This document shows positions 1-7,108 of a stretch of 32,000 bases of DNA, in pieces; the stretch's first letter is position 1, and every line of letters begins with the position of its first letter. The notes under the pieces were generated by a model. It was not told the DNA's origin and did no database searches. It saw nothing but the letters and a program-made list of their open reading frames with translations. The position numbers and the translations under genes are program-made. This stretch comes from Nitrosotalea sp. (GTDB lineage Archaea; Thermoproteota; Nitrososphaeria; Nitrososphaerales; Nitrosopumilaceae), in the NCBI GenBank assembly GCA_050749405.1, contig JBOGRD010000006.1, positions 7,878-39,877 of the forward strand. The letters run 5' to 3'.

Positions 1-858
1 AACGGCATACTGCTTGGAATAATGGTGGGGGGAAGTAGTTCGATTATTGTTTTTGGACTAGTCAGGAATCTAAAAGTCTCTGAGGAAACAAAAGCCATGC
101 TAAGTTTGGAATCCGCAATTACCGACATTCTTGCTACAGTTGGAGCTTTTCTTCTCTTCAGTACAATTACCTCTGGCCACATCAATCCAAATCTAATTGG
201 AATAACAGCTGCACAGTCAATATCTGTTGGTCTTGTCCTTGGTTTTGGAGTAGGGATACCATGGATGTTCATATTTTCAAGACTCCAAAATGCACGACAC
301 GCTTACATGCTTACATTGGCAATCCTGTTCATCTTATTTTTCTTGGCAAAATCGTTTGGTGGTACAGGCGCTCTGACGGCTCTGATCTTTGGATTAATGC
401 TAGGTAACAGGAATCTTTTTGCCAAACGTCTTAAAATAAAGATGCCTGAAGTTTCTACAGACAACTCTTTTCATGACCAACTTACATTTCTAGTAAAAAC
501 CTTTTTCTTCGTCTTTATGGGGCTGTTGGCAAATTTTGGGCAGGTAGGATACTTGGTATTTGGGGTGACAATGGCAGTTGTAATATATTTTGGCAGAATG
601 GGAGTTGTCAAGACTTCACTCACAAAAAGATTTTCGGCATTTGATAAAAAAGTAACTTCAGTCATGGTTCCAAGGGGACTAGCAGCCGCAGTATTGGCTA
701 CTATTCCGCTCACACTTGGAATCAAAAACGCAGATGCATATCCTCAGATTGTCTTTGTAGTAATAATTTCCACGGTGATTATTACCACAATAGGACTAGC
801 TAAAGCAAGAAAGCACCAGCCACAAGACTCTCAGGAGAAGCAAAATAATAATTCATAG
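1..858 (+). CDS. Cation:proton (Na+/H+) antiporter, CPA1/NhaP-like, C-terminal portion (5' end outside window)
   Basis: Frame 1 is open from base 1 (NGILLGIMVGG...), so listed ORF 22..858 is truncated by the window edge. It has multiple hydrophobic helices. The SLESAITD and VPRGLAAAVLATIPL segments resemble conserved NhaP/CPA1 segments. Hydrophilic C-terminal tail; stop TAG 856-858. Confidence 0.6.
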   Translation, partial: NGILLGIMVGGSSSIIVFGLVRNLKVSEETKAMLSLESAITDILATVGAFLLFSTITSGHINPNLIGITAAQSISVGLVLGFGVGIPWMFIFSRLQNARHAYMLTLAILFILFFLAKSFGGTGALTALIFGLMLGNRNLFAKRLKIKMPEVSTDNSFHDQLTFLVKTFFFVFMGLLANFGQVGYLVFGVTMAVVIYFGRMGVVKTSLTKRFSAFDKKVTSVMVPRGLAAAVLATIPLTLGIKNADAYPQIVFVVIISTVIITTIGLAKARKHQPQDSQEKQNNNS

Positions 859-902
859 AAAAACTAGTTAAAAAATAACAACGAAAATTTTACTTGTTAC
901 GG

Positions 903-1700
903 TCATATTTTGAAGAGCCTCTTGGCGTTTTTATACATCAATTCGTCTCTAAACTTTGTCTTTAATTTCAACTTGGCAACAAAACTAAGATAGGAGTCCA
1001 TGTCCGATATAGGCCAATCAGTACCATACAAAAGATAACGAGGCTCGCCAGCATAATTAATCAGTTCGGCAACTCTTTCAACCATTATCTTTTCAAAGAA
1101 ATGATCGAACTTGCCAACTGCAAAGCCAGACATGTCAGCGTATACGTTTTTATTCTTATAGACAATCTCTTGGCAATCCTCAATCCAAGGGTTTCCTAGG
1201 TGACACATGACTATCTTTAGTTCAGGGTTATCTACTGCCAGCTCGTCAATATTTAACGGATGAGAAAATCTCAACTTGCCTTTCTCAGAGAAGGTATCGC
1301 CTGTATGTATCATAACTGGTACACCTAATTCTATGCACAAGTCGTAAACTTTCTGGTATCTTTTGTCATACGGGTAGTAGTGCTCATAACCAGAGTATAT
1401 TTTCAAACCTTTTACCAGCCCATCTTTAATCCACATCCTGTAATTTTTTAGATCTTCATCAGTATGATTGTCTATGCTGTATCCTGCAACAATTCCTAAA
1501 TTATCATGTCCTTTTGTGGCTTCAATGAGTTCTGCCGTAGATGGCCTCTGTTCATCTACTTTGTAGGAAGAAAGAACGAGTGCGTAATCTACATTGTGGC
1601 TGAACATTGTAACAAGTAATTTTTTCACACGATCTTCAAGTGACCCTATTTTTTCCAGGGATTCGTACTGGTTAAGATGTGTGTGACAATCTATTATCAT
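903..1700 (-). CDS. Metal-dependent amidohydrolase (TIM-barrel amidohydrolase superfamily)
   Basis: ORF 903..1730. N-terminal IIDCHTHL (HxH metal site), then MIHTGD, VMCHLG and LYGTDWP motifs typical of the amidohydrolase fold. Start placed at Met11 (ATG 1700..1698) because it forms an ATGA start/stop overlap with the upstream GNAT gene; the maximal ORF start is 1730. Confidence 0.7.
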   Translation of the reverse strand: MIIDCHTHLNQYESLEKIGSLEDRVKKLLVTMFSHNVDYALVLSSYKVDEQRPSTAELIEATKGHDNLGIVAGYSIDNHTDEDLKNYRMWIKDGLVKGLKIYSGYEHYYPYDKRYQKVYDLCIELGVPVMIHTGDTFSEKGKLRFSHPLNIDELAVDNPELKIVMCHLGNPWIEDCQEIVYKNKNVYADMSGFAVGKFDHFFEKIMVERVAELINYAGEPRYLLYGTDWPISDMDSYLSFVAKLKLKTKFRDELMYKNAKRLFKI

Positions 1701-2401
1701 TGAGCCTTCTTGTACTTGGGATTTTTCCATTCTATAAAAGCTGCGTAATTTAGTGAACGAGAATCCTTGATATAATTAGGAAGAATTTTTATGAAATTAA
1801 ATCCATTTTTTATCTGGAAATAAAGTACCGGTTCCTTTATCTTTTCTTCCAAGACAGCCTCAACATAGCCCTCTGGCGACAATTTATCTGCATAATCACA
1901 ATAGTTGAACAATCTGCCGCCCGCAATGATTCTTCGTAGGTTTAATTTAATTGCAAGATCTTTTCGCGCATCATAAATTTTGGAACCTATCCCAAGGCTT
2001 CGATAGTCAGGATGAGTTGATACGTCTGCTGCATAAAGTGTGTCCCCTTTGGGATTGTGATTATTGAATCGTCCAGTCCCACAGGCCTCAGTCCATGTAT
2101 GTTCTTTATATTCGGGAACTAGATTTACTATAAGGCTGCTTGCAGAGCCTATTATATTACCGTCGTGCTCTGCAACAAACTGCCCTTCTGGAAAAATTCG
2201 TATGTGATTCTCTAAACTATCTTTTTTCCAGATCATGCCTTGGACGTACATGTAGGGAAATGATTTTTTTTGTAATTTAATTATCTTTTGAATATCATCA
2301 AAGCTGGCATTTCTTATCATAACTTCAATTTCATCTGAATAGATACCATTTTTTTTCATGAGAACCATATATGATATATTGCCAATGCTATATTTGTGCA
2401 T
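1697..2401 (-). CDS. GNAT-family N-acetyltransferase
   Basis: 234-aa ORF. IRNASFDDIQKIIKL is a typical GNAT N-terminus, and VSTHPDYRSLGIGSKIYDARKDLA matches the acetyl-CoA-binding R/Q-x-x-G-x-G/A motif. The start is uncertain (Met1, Met12, Met15 or Met28 are all possible). Stop TGA 1699..1697 overlaps the next gene's ATG. Confidence 0.7.
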   Translation of the reverse strand: MHKYSIGNISYMVLMKKNGIYSDEIEVMIRNASFDDIQKIIKLQKKSFPYMYVQGMIWKKDSLENHIRIFPEGQFVAEHDGNIIGSASSLIVNLVPEYKEHTWTEACGTGRFNNHNPKGDTLYAADVSTHPDYRSLGIGSKIYDARKDLAIKLNLRRIIAGGRLFNYCDYADKLSPEGYVEAVLEEKIKEPVLYFQIKNGFNFIKILPNYIKDSRSLNYAAFIEWKNPKYKKAQ

Positions 2402-2626
2402 GATCTACATGTTTTTTGTCAAACTTTCTGCAGAAAAGGCCAAATCTGTCTCCTTTTCTAACGTTACAACTGTCTCTTGGAAAGGTGCATCAGGTAAGCG
2501 AGAAAATAAAAATCTGATCAAAAAGAAATAACAATGGACAACAAACCCATAGAGAAAATGTATTCTCTATAATTTAGTGTATAATTGAATTCTGTAAAAA
2601 GGACTCGTATTGCAGTGCAGCCGGAC

Positions 2627-2635
2627 TTTTTAAAT
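2627..2635 (+). promoter_or_regulatory. TATA-like box (TTTTTAAAT) for the DUF1059-like/Usp gene pair
   Basis: AT-rich box centred about 27 nt upstream of ATG 2658. This spacing suits an archaeal promoter giving a leaderless or very short-leader mRNA. Confidence 0.45.
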
Positions 2636-2657
2636 GAAATAGTGACGTAATTATATT

Positions 2658-2990
2658 ATGACAAAACTTGCTTGTAGGGATTACGGGTTTGAGTACAGTT
2701 ACCAAGTAGAGGGAGAAGATGACGAAGCAATAACGAAATTTGGCGAACATTCTGCAGAGACACACGGAATTGAGTATTCCAAGGGCGCTTTGATGCAGGT
2801 TCTGCGCAGAAAAACTCATCAAGAGCCTTCCAACCTTGGCATTATCTTGAGCAAGGACGAGATCCAATCTGTCATTACAATTTTAGATTTTGCCTACAGC
2901 GTTCATCCGATGTCATTTTTTGAAGGCCTGACAATAGATCACAGAATGATCCAGCAGTTGATACTGAAAATGTCTGAAAAAATTGAATAG
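2658..2990 (+). CDS. DUF1059-like small protein with an unassigned C-terminal extension
   Basis: The first ~55 aa (MTKLACRDYGFEYSYQVEGEDDEAITKFGEHSAETHG) follow the pattern I recall for DUF1059 proteins (M-x-x-x-x-C-x-D-x-G..., acidic stretch, H-x-x-x-x-HG). The remaining ~55 aa are unrecognised. Stop TAG 2988-2990 abuts ATG 2991 of the next gene. Confidence 0.5.
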   Translation: MTKLACRDYGFEYSYQVEGEDDEAITKFGEHSAETHGIEYSKGALMQVLRRKTHQEPSNLGIILSKDEIQSVITILDFAYSVHPMSFFEGLTIDHRMIQQLILKMSEKIE

Positions 2991-3380
2991 ATGACTGACA
3001 CAATAAAGAAAATTCTTGTATCCTTGGATGGCTCTGCAAAGTCATTTGAGGGACTAGACATGGCCATAACATTGGCAAAGCCATTTGGAGCAACTCTGGT
3101 AGGACTTTGCGTGGTTCCAGATGAGCCGCCAATATACATGCCTGGCATATCGAGCTCCTTTAAGCAAAAAATGACACAGGGAGCAAAAAAATTCCTTGAA
3201 CGAGCAAAAAAGATTTCAGAAGATAATGGAGTTGAATTCAGATATTATGTAACAGGCGGAATACCCAGCGAATATGTCTCAGAGTTTGCTAATAATCGAC
3301 CATTTGACCTGATTGCAATAGGTGGACGGGGTCATAGTAGAATTAGAGAATTGCTATTGGGAAGTGTGGCCATTCTGTAG
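2991..3380 (+). CDS. Universal stress protein (UspA family), apparently 3'-frameshifted
   Basis: KILVSLDGS..., DLIAIGGRGHSRIRELLLGSVA is the classic Usp ATP-binding G-x2-G-x9-G-S motif. The frame ends at TAG 3378-3380 right after GSVAIL. The expected Usp C-terminus (HSVVHKSRIPVLVVK*) is encoded in the next frame, 3371-3418. Confidence 0.75.
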   Translation: MTDTIKKILVSLDGSAKSFEGLDMAITLAKPFGATLVGLCVVPDEPPIYMPGISSSFKQKMTQGAKKFLERAKKISEDNGVEFRYYVTGGIPSEYVSEFANNRPFDLIAIGGRGHSRIRELLLGSVAIL

Positions 3381-3476
3381 TTCATAAATCCAGAATTCCA
3401 GTACTTGTTGTGAAATAATATAACATTCTTTCAAATATTTAGTTGATTCAATCTAAGCTGATTCTACCAAATACCT

Positions 3477-3629
3477 TTAGTGTGAACACTGGCAAGCTAT
3501 GAGTTTTGTATCAAAGGCACAATCATGCGGCCCTTCTGACTTGGCATCTGTCGGAATCTTTTCCATGCATTCGTCATGGCGACCTTTTTTGCAAAACCAA
3601 CAAATGAATACAGTGTTGTCAGAGTCCAT
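3477..3629 (-). CDS. Small Cys/His-rich (probable zinc-binding) protein
   Basis: ORF 3477..3677. Start placed at the third Met (MDSDNTVFICWFCKKGRHDECMEKIPTDAKSEGPHDCAFDTKLIACQCSH, 50 aa) because earlier Mets overlap the upstream ORF. It has 6 Cys and 3 His, including a CxxC and a C-terminal CxCxH. It is co-directional with, and 7 nt downstream of, the C2H2 ORF. Confidence 0.45.
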   Translation of the reverse strand: MDSDNTVFICWFCKKGRHDECMEKIPTDAKSEGPHDCAFDTKLIACQCSH

Positions 3630-3636
3630 GATTTTC

Positions 3637-3849
3637 CTAAAATACGGTAACATCTCCTGGTGCAGGAGAATGGCCATTTACGTCCTTGTGAAACTCTACA
3701 AATTCCTTGTGGTCTATTTCTTGGTGTCTTCTCAGCTCTTCTAAATTTTCAAACACAATGCTACAAAGATAGCATTTGGGCTTGTGCTGGTCTACCATTG
3801 AAAGCACCATAAAGCAATAATCTTGCACAGGTGTAATTGAACCTTTCAC
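3637..3849 (-). CDS. Small protein with one classical C2H2 zinc finger
   Basis: KPKCYLCSIVFENLEELRRHQEIDH fits C-x2-C-x3-F-x5-L-x2-H-x4-H exactly. The maximal ORF starts with GTG at 3849; ATG alternatives are at 3810 and 3798. It lies 9 nt downstream of the ilvE stop on the same strand. Confidence 0.55.
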   Translation of the reverse strand: MKGSITPVQDYCFMVLSMVDQHKPKCYLCSIVFENLEELRRHQEIDHKEFVEFHKDVNGHSPAPGDVTVF

Positions 3850-3858
3850 GATCGCAGC

Positions 3859-4773
3859 TCAGATTGGGGTGAGCCAGTCTATGAACTGTTCGTCGTTGCC
3901 TCTAGATGCCTCATGGAATGCATGCTGTAGCTTGCGCGTAATCTCGCCTGGCTTGCCATCTCCTACAACAACATTGTCAATCTCTGTAACAGACTTGACT
4001 TCTGCAGCAGTGCCTGTCATAAAAACTTCATCTGCCGTATATAATTCGTCCCTATCCATCTCTCTTTCAATGATATTGATTCCCTCGGATCTTGCTATCT
4101 TGATTACGCTGTCTCTTGTTATTCCAGCCAAGATTCCAGCATTCAATGGAGGGGTAGATATCTCACCCTTGTTTACTGTAAAAATATTTTCAGCGCTTCC
4201 TTCTGAAACCTTGCCATGATAATTTAGCATTATTGCCTCGTCGTATCCATCTTTTAGGGCCTCTACTCTTGCAAGCGCAGCATTTGCATAGTTTGACGCA
4301 GCCTTTGCCTGCATTGGCTGTGACCTGGAATCAATTCTAAGCCAGCTTGAAACTTTACATCTTGCACCGCGAGTCTTTCCAGCACTTGACTCACCAGTAT
4401 TCCACTCCCAGCATGCTATTGCCACATCTATCTTGTTGGGCGTTGGTGTAAGGCCAAGAACTCCATAGCTATAGTATGCAATGGGTCTGATGTAGCACTC
4501 TTTTAACCCGCTTGCAAGTACAGTTCTGACTATGCCATCCGAGATCACTTTTTTTGAGTAGGGAATTTTCATGGAATAGAGCTTTGCAGACTTGAACAGC
4601 CTGTCAACATGTTCTTGGAGCCTAAAAATTGCAGGGCCCTTTGTTGTCTTGTAACACCTAATTCCCTCAAAGACTGCAGTTGAGTAATGTAATGCATGGG
4701 TAAGAACGTGAATCTTTGCATTTCTGAACGGAACAAGTTTGCCATTCATCCATATCTTGCCCTGCTCTTTCAT
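3859..4773 (-). CDS. ilvE: Branched-chain amino acid aminotransferase (fold type IV PLP enzyme)
   Basis: IWMNGKLVPFRNAKIHVLTHALHYSTAVFEGIRCY and a length of ~300 aa are typical of IlvE. The maximal ORF starts at GTG 4821. I place the start at ATG 4773 (MKEQGKIWMNG...), which has CTTAAATTA about 25-33 nt upstream. Confidence 0.85.
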   Translation of the reverse strand: MKEQGKIWMNGKLVPFRNAKIHVLTHALHYSTAVFEGIRCYKTTKGPAIFRLQEHVDRLFKSAKLYSMKIPYSKKVISDGIVRTVLASGLKECYIRPIAYYSYGVLGLTPTPNKIDVAIACWEWNTGESSAGKTRGARCKVSSWLRIDSRSQPMQAKAASNYANAALARVEALKDGYDEAIMLNYHGKVSEGSAENIFTVNKGEISTPPLNAGILAGITRDSVIKIARSEGINIIEREMDRDELYTADEVFMTGTAAEVKSVTEIDNVVVGDGKPGEITRKLQHAFHEASRGNDEQFIDWLTPI

Positions 4774-4867
4774 ATGAACTGGGTAAAGTTTTGGTAATTT
4801 AAGAATTGATCGAGATTTCACAAAAGCGCGGTTTGCAAGATCTTGGCTTTCTTTAAATGTAGTAACG

Positions 4868-5092
4868 ATGATTTCTTACTCTGTGAGTTACATCATCTCC
4901 TTTGTCTCTGTTGCCTTGCTAGTCATTGGTCTAGTTGGAAATGGATTTGAGATGAGAAAGGCACGTGTATCCACAATGCGAGACGAAGAGATGGCTACAA
5001 AGAACATGTTCATGAACAAGAGGAACTTCAAGTGGTATGCATTCATAGGGGCTGCTCTCGTACTGATGGCTATAGGCAATGCATATACTTGA
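4868..5092 (+). CDS. Hypothetical small membrane protein (two predicted helices)
   Basis: 74-aa ORF with hydrophobic N- and C-terminal segments around a charged loop. No family recognised. The nearest TATA-like box (4852-4858) is only ~13 nt from the ATG, so expression and start are doubtful. Confidence 0.3.
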   Translation: MISYSVSYIISFVSVALLVIGLVGNGFEMRKARVSTMRDEEMATKNMFMNKRNFKWYAFIGAALVLMAIGNAYT

Positions 5093-5406
5093 TCTATATA
5101 GATCAACTCTAAATATTTCTTCTACATACCATACATTAGCGCGTGTTTTGGGTAACGCCGGGCTGATTCTAGATAAAAGGCCCAAGAACAAACCCACTTT
5201 GGCTTCTACAGGTATAGGCTTGTAGAGGTCGAATGTTTTGAGTTTTTGATTTCATCCCAATGATACAAGATATATCCATATCATATCTTACAAGCATCGT
5301 ATGGTAGCACGAAAAAAAGGCAAGCACATGCGAAAGGCAGACCAAAGGGCTGCACGCAGAAAGAGAAGAAAGTAGAAATTTTTTGATTAATTGTTTCTCC
5401 GCACTG

Positions 5407-6918
5407 TCATACAAATTTTATTTTTGATCTTTCCGCATGAACGGCGCAAATTGCCCGCTCTATGTTGTCACCACTGTCTTCTGTAACTATGATGATGCGT
5501 GACGTCTCTTCTTGGGCGTCCATGTTGAGAATGTTAAGGCCAGCTTCGCCAATTCTTGAGCTTGCCTTTGACGCGATCTGCTGCACGCGCCACATCTCAT
5601 CGCCAATCAATGTGATGACTCCCCTGTTGTATGTGATTGAGGCCAATGGATCAAAGGCCAAGACATATCTTTCATTTCGCTTTACATAATCTCCATCTAG
5701 GAAGAGAATTCTGGTAAACTCTATGTCATCTTTTGTAAATGGAGATAGTACCACAAATTCGCTGTATCTTTTGTCTTTTTCAAGTGAATCAAAAAGATTC
5801 TGAGACGATTCACTTTCCATCCTAAGTATGGCACAATTCTTCTTGCCCGTGACTATCTTTAGCGGATGTCCATTTTTATCACCTGGGTTTCTTTCTATTG
5901 TTGTAACTTTGCCAGGATTGCCCATATCAGTTATTATAATTGGCATGTCTACTCCATTTTCAACTATCTCCTTTATTGCAATGGGATCTAGAATCTTCAT
6001 TCCAAACATGCCTGCAATTCGTGCCTCGTTGTATGAGAGATGTGCAATGTATTCCAGTTCTTCCTTTACAACACGCGGGTCTGCAGACAATACGGCACTA
6101 TCTTTTTCAAAATCAATCTTGGTATTGTATTTTTTGCTAAACAAAATTCCAAGATCTGCAGCAGTCCTGTCAGAGCCGCCCCGCTCATAGGTGGTTTCAA
6201 GCCCATTAGTAGTCTTTCCAATGAATCCCCCCATAGATATTACATCGTTTTTCTCAAGCAGAGACTCTATTCCGTCTAGGTTCTCAGATGATTGTGTAGA
6301 AAGAAAATTGGCAGACTCGATATTTTCATCAGTAACAATGGGCCACATGTCAAAATTTACAACATCTGATTTTATGCCGGAACTTTTTAGAACATAGCTC
6401 ATGACGTTAGACATTAATATCTCGCCAGAATATGCAAGAACTCTTGCCCTAGTCTCATTTGCAAATTCCTTTTTTTGTAATGTCTCTCTGAGTGAGTCCA
6501 GTGCTTTATCCAAGAATGACTCTATCGTCTTTTTGCATTCCTCTTGGAGTTTCTTGTCTACAAGAGAGAGAATCTTAAGATATGGCCTGCGTAACTCTTC
6601 CACATCTACACTCTGACCATTCTCTGCCTTTCTGCCAAGCTCAAGCGCAATGTCTGTCAATGATCTTTGCTTGCCATCATGTGTTGTAAGGGGAGCAGAA
6701 AAAACTGCAATTACCTTGGAGTCTTTTTTTAACTCACTAATTCTTTTAACTACTGTAGGTATTAGTATACCGTCAACTCCTACTGCACTTCCCCCAAACT
6801 TTGCTACAGTGAGATTCTGCAAAACTTGATTACATCTGTCTGTACCTTCTATAAAGTTTGAGTGAACGGCACAAAGCATGAGACAATCTGATGATAACTG
6901 GGAATCATTTGTACGCAT
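5407..6918 (-). CDS. Aspartate kinase-like amino-acid kinase with C-terminal ACT-type regulatory region
   Basis: VAKFGGSAVG is the N-terminal nucleotide-binding motif of the amino-acid kinase family. The C-terminal ~130 aa (VITLIGDEM...AGLNILNMDAQEETSRIIIVTED) look like ACT domains. About 38 aa precede the KFGGS motif in the maximal ORF. A TTG at 6822 with TTTATA ~31 nt upstream is an alternative start. Confidence 0.7.
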   Translation of the reverse strand: MRTNDSQLSSDCLMLCAVHSNFIEGTDRCNQVLQNLTVAKFGGSAVGVDGILIPTVVKRISELKKDSKVIAVFSAPLTTHDGKQRSLTDIALELGRKAENGQSVDVEELRRPYLKILSLVDKKLQEECKKTIESFLDKALDSLRETLQKKEFANETRARVLAYSGEILMSNVMSYVLKSSGIKSDVVNFDMWPIVTDENIESANFLSTQSSENLDGIESLLEKNDVISMGGFIGKTTNGLETTYERGGSDRTAADLGILFSKKYNTKIDFEKDSAVLSADPRVVKEELEYIAHLSYNEARIAGMFGMKILDPIAIKEIVENGVDMPIIITDMGNPGKVTTIERNPGDKNGHPLKIVTGKKNCAILRMESESSQNLFDSLEKDKRYSEFVVLSPFTKDDIEFTRILFLDGDYVKRNERYVLAFDPLASITYNRGVITLIGDEMWRVQQIASKASSRIGEAGLNILNMDAQEETSRIIIVTEDSGDNIERAICAVHAERSKIKFV

Positions 6919-7108
6919 GCCTTAAAAGGAAAAACTGCGCAGTCGTTTCCATGACTAGGTGTTTGTTGTGAGCATTGAACAAGGGGAGCTCTTCAAAGAC
7001 AAGAACACGAATCACATACTCCAGTATCTGCCCGAAATGGGGCTAGTTCACAATGAAGAGCTTTGCAAGGAAATAACTGGCTGCATCGACTTTCAAAAAA
7101 ATAACTAG

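Noticed and set aside
2574-3148. Minus-strand ORFs (97, 85 and 69 aa) opposite the DUF1059-like and Usp genes
   Set aside because: They are antisense to genes with recognisable family motifs and have no independent support.
5091-5104. 14-bp perfect palindrome GATCTATATAGATC overlapping the stop of the 74-aa ORF
   Set aside because: It is real in the sequence, but AT-rich palindromes of this size are expected by chance, and the adjacent ORF is itself doubtful. No function can be argued.
4888-5414. Minus-strand ORFs of 72-88 aa between ilvE and the aspartate kinase gene
   Set aside because: Their sequences are not protein-like and they overlap one another. The region is better explained as non-coding (terminators or a possible small RNA).
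5462-6616. Plus-strand ORFs of 66-120 aa opposite the aspartate kinase gene
   Set aside because: They are antisense to a well-supported gene, and their Ser/Phe/Leu-rich composition is typical of reverse-frame artefacts.
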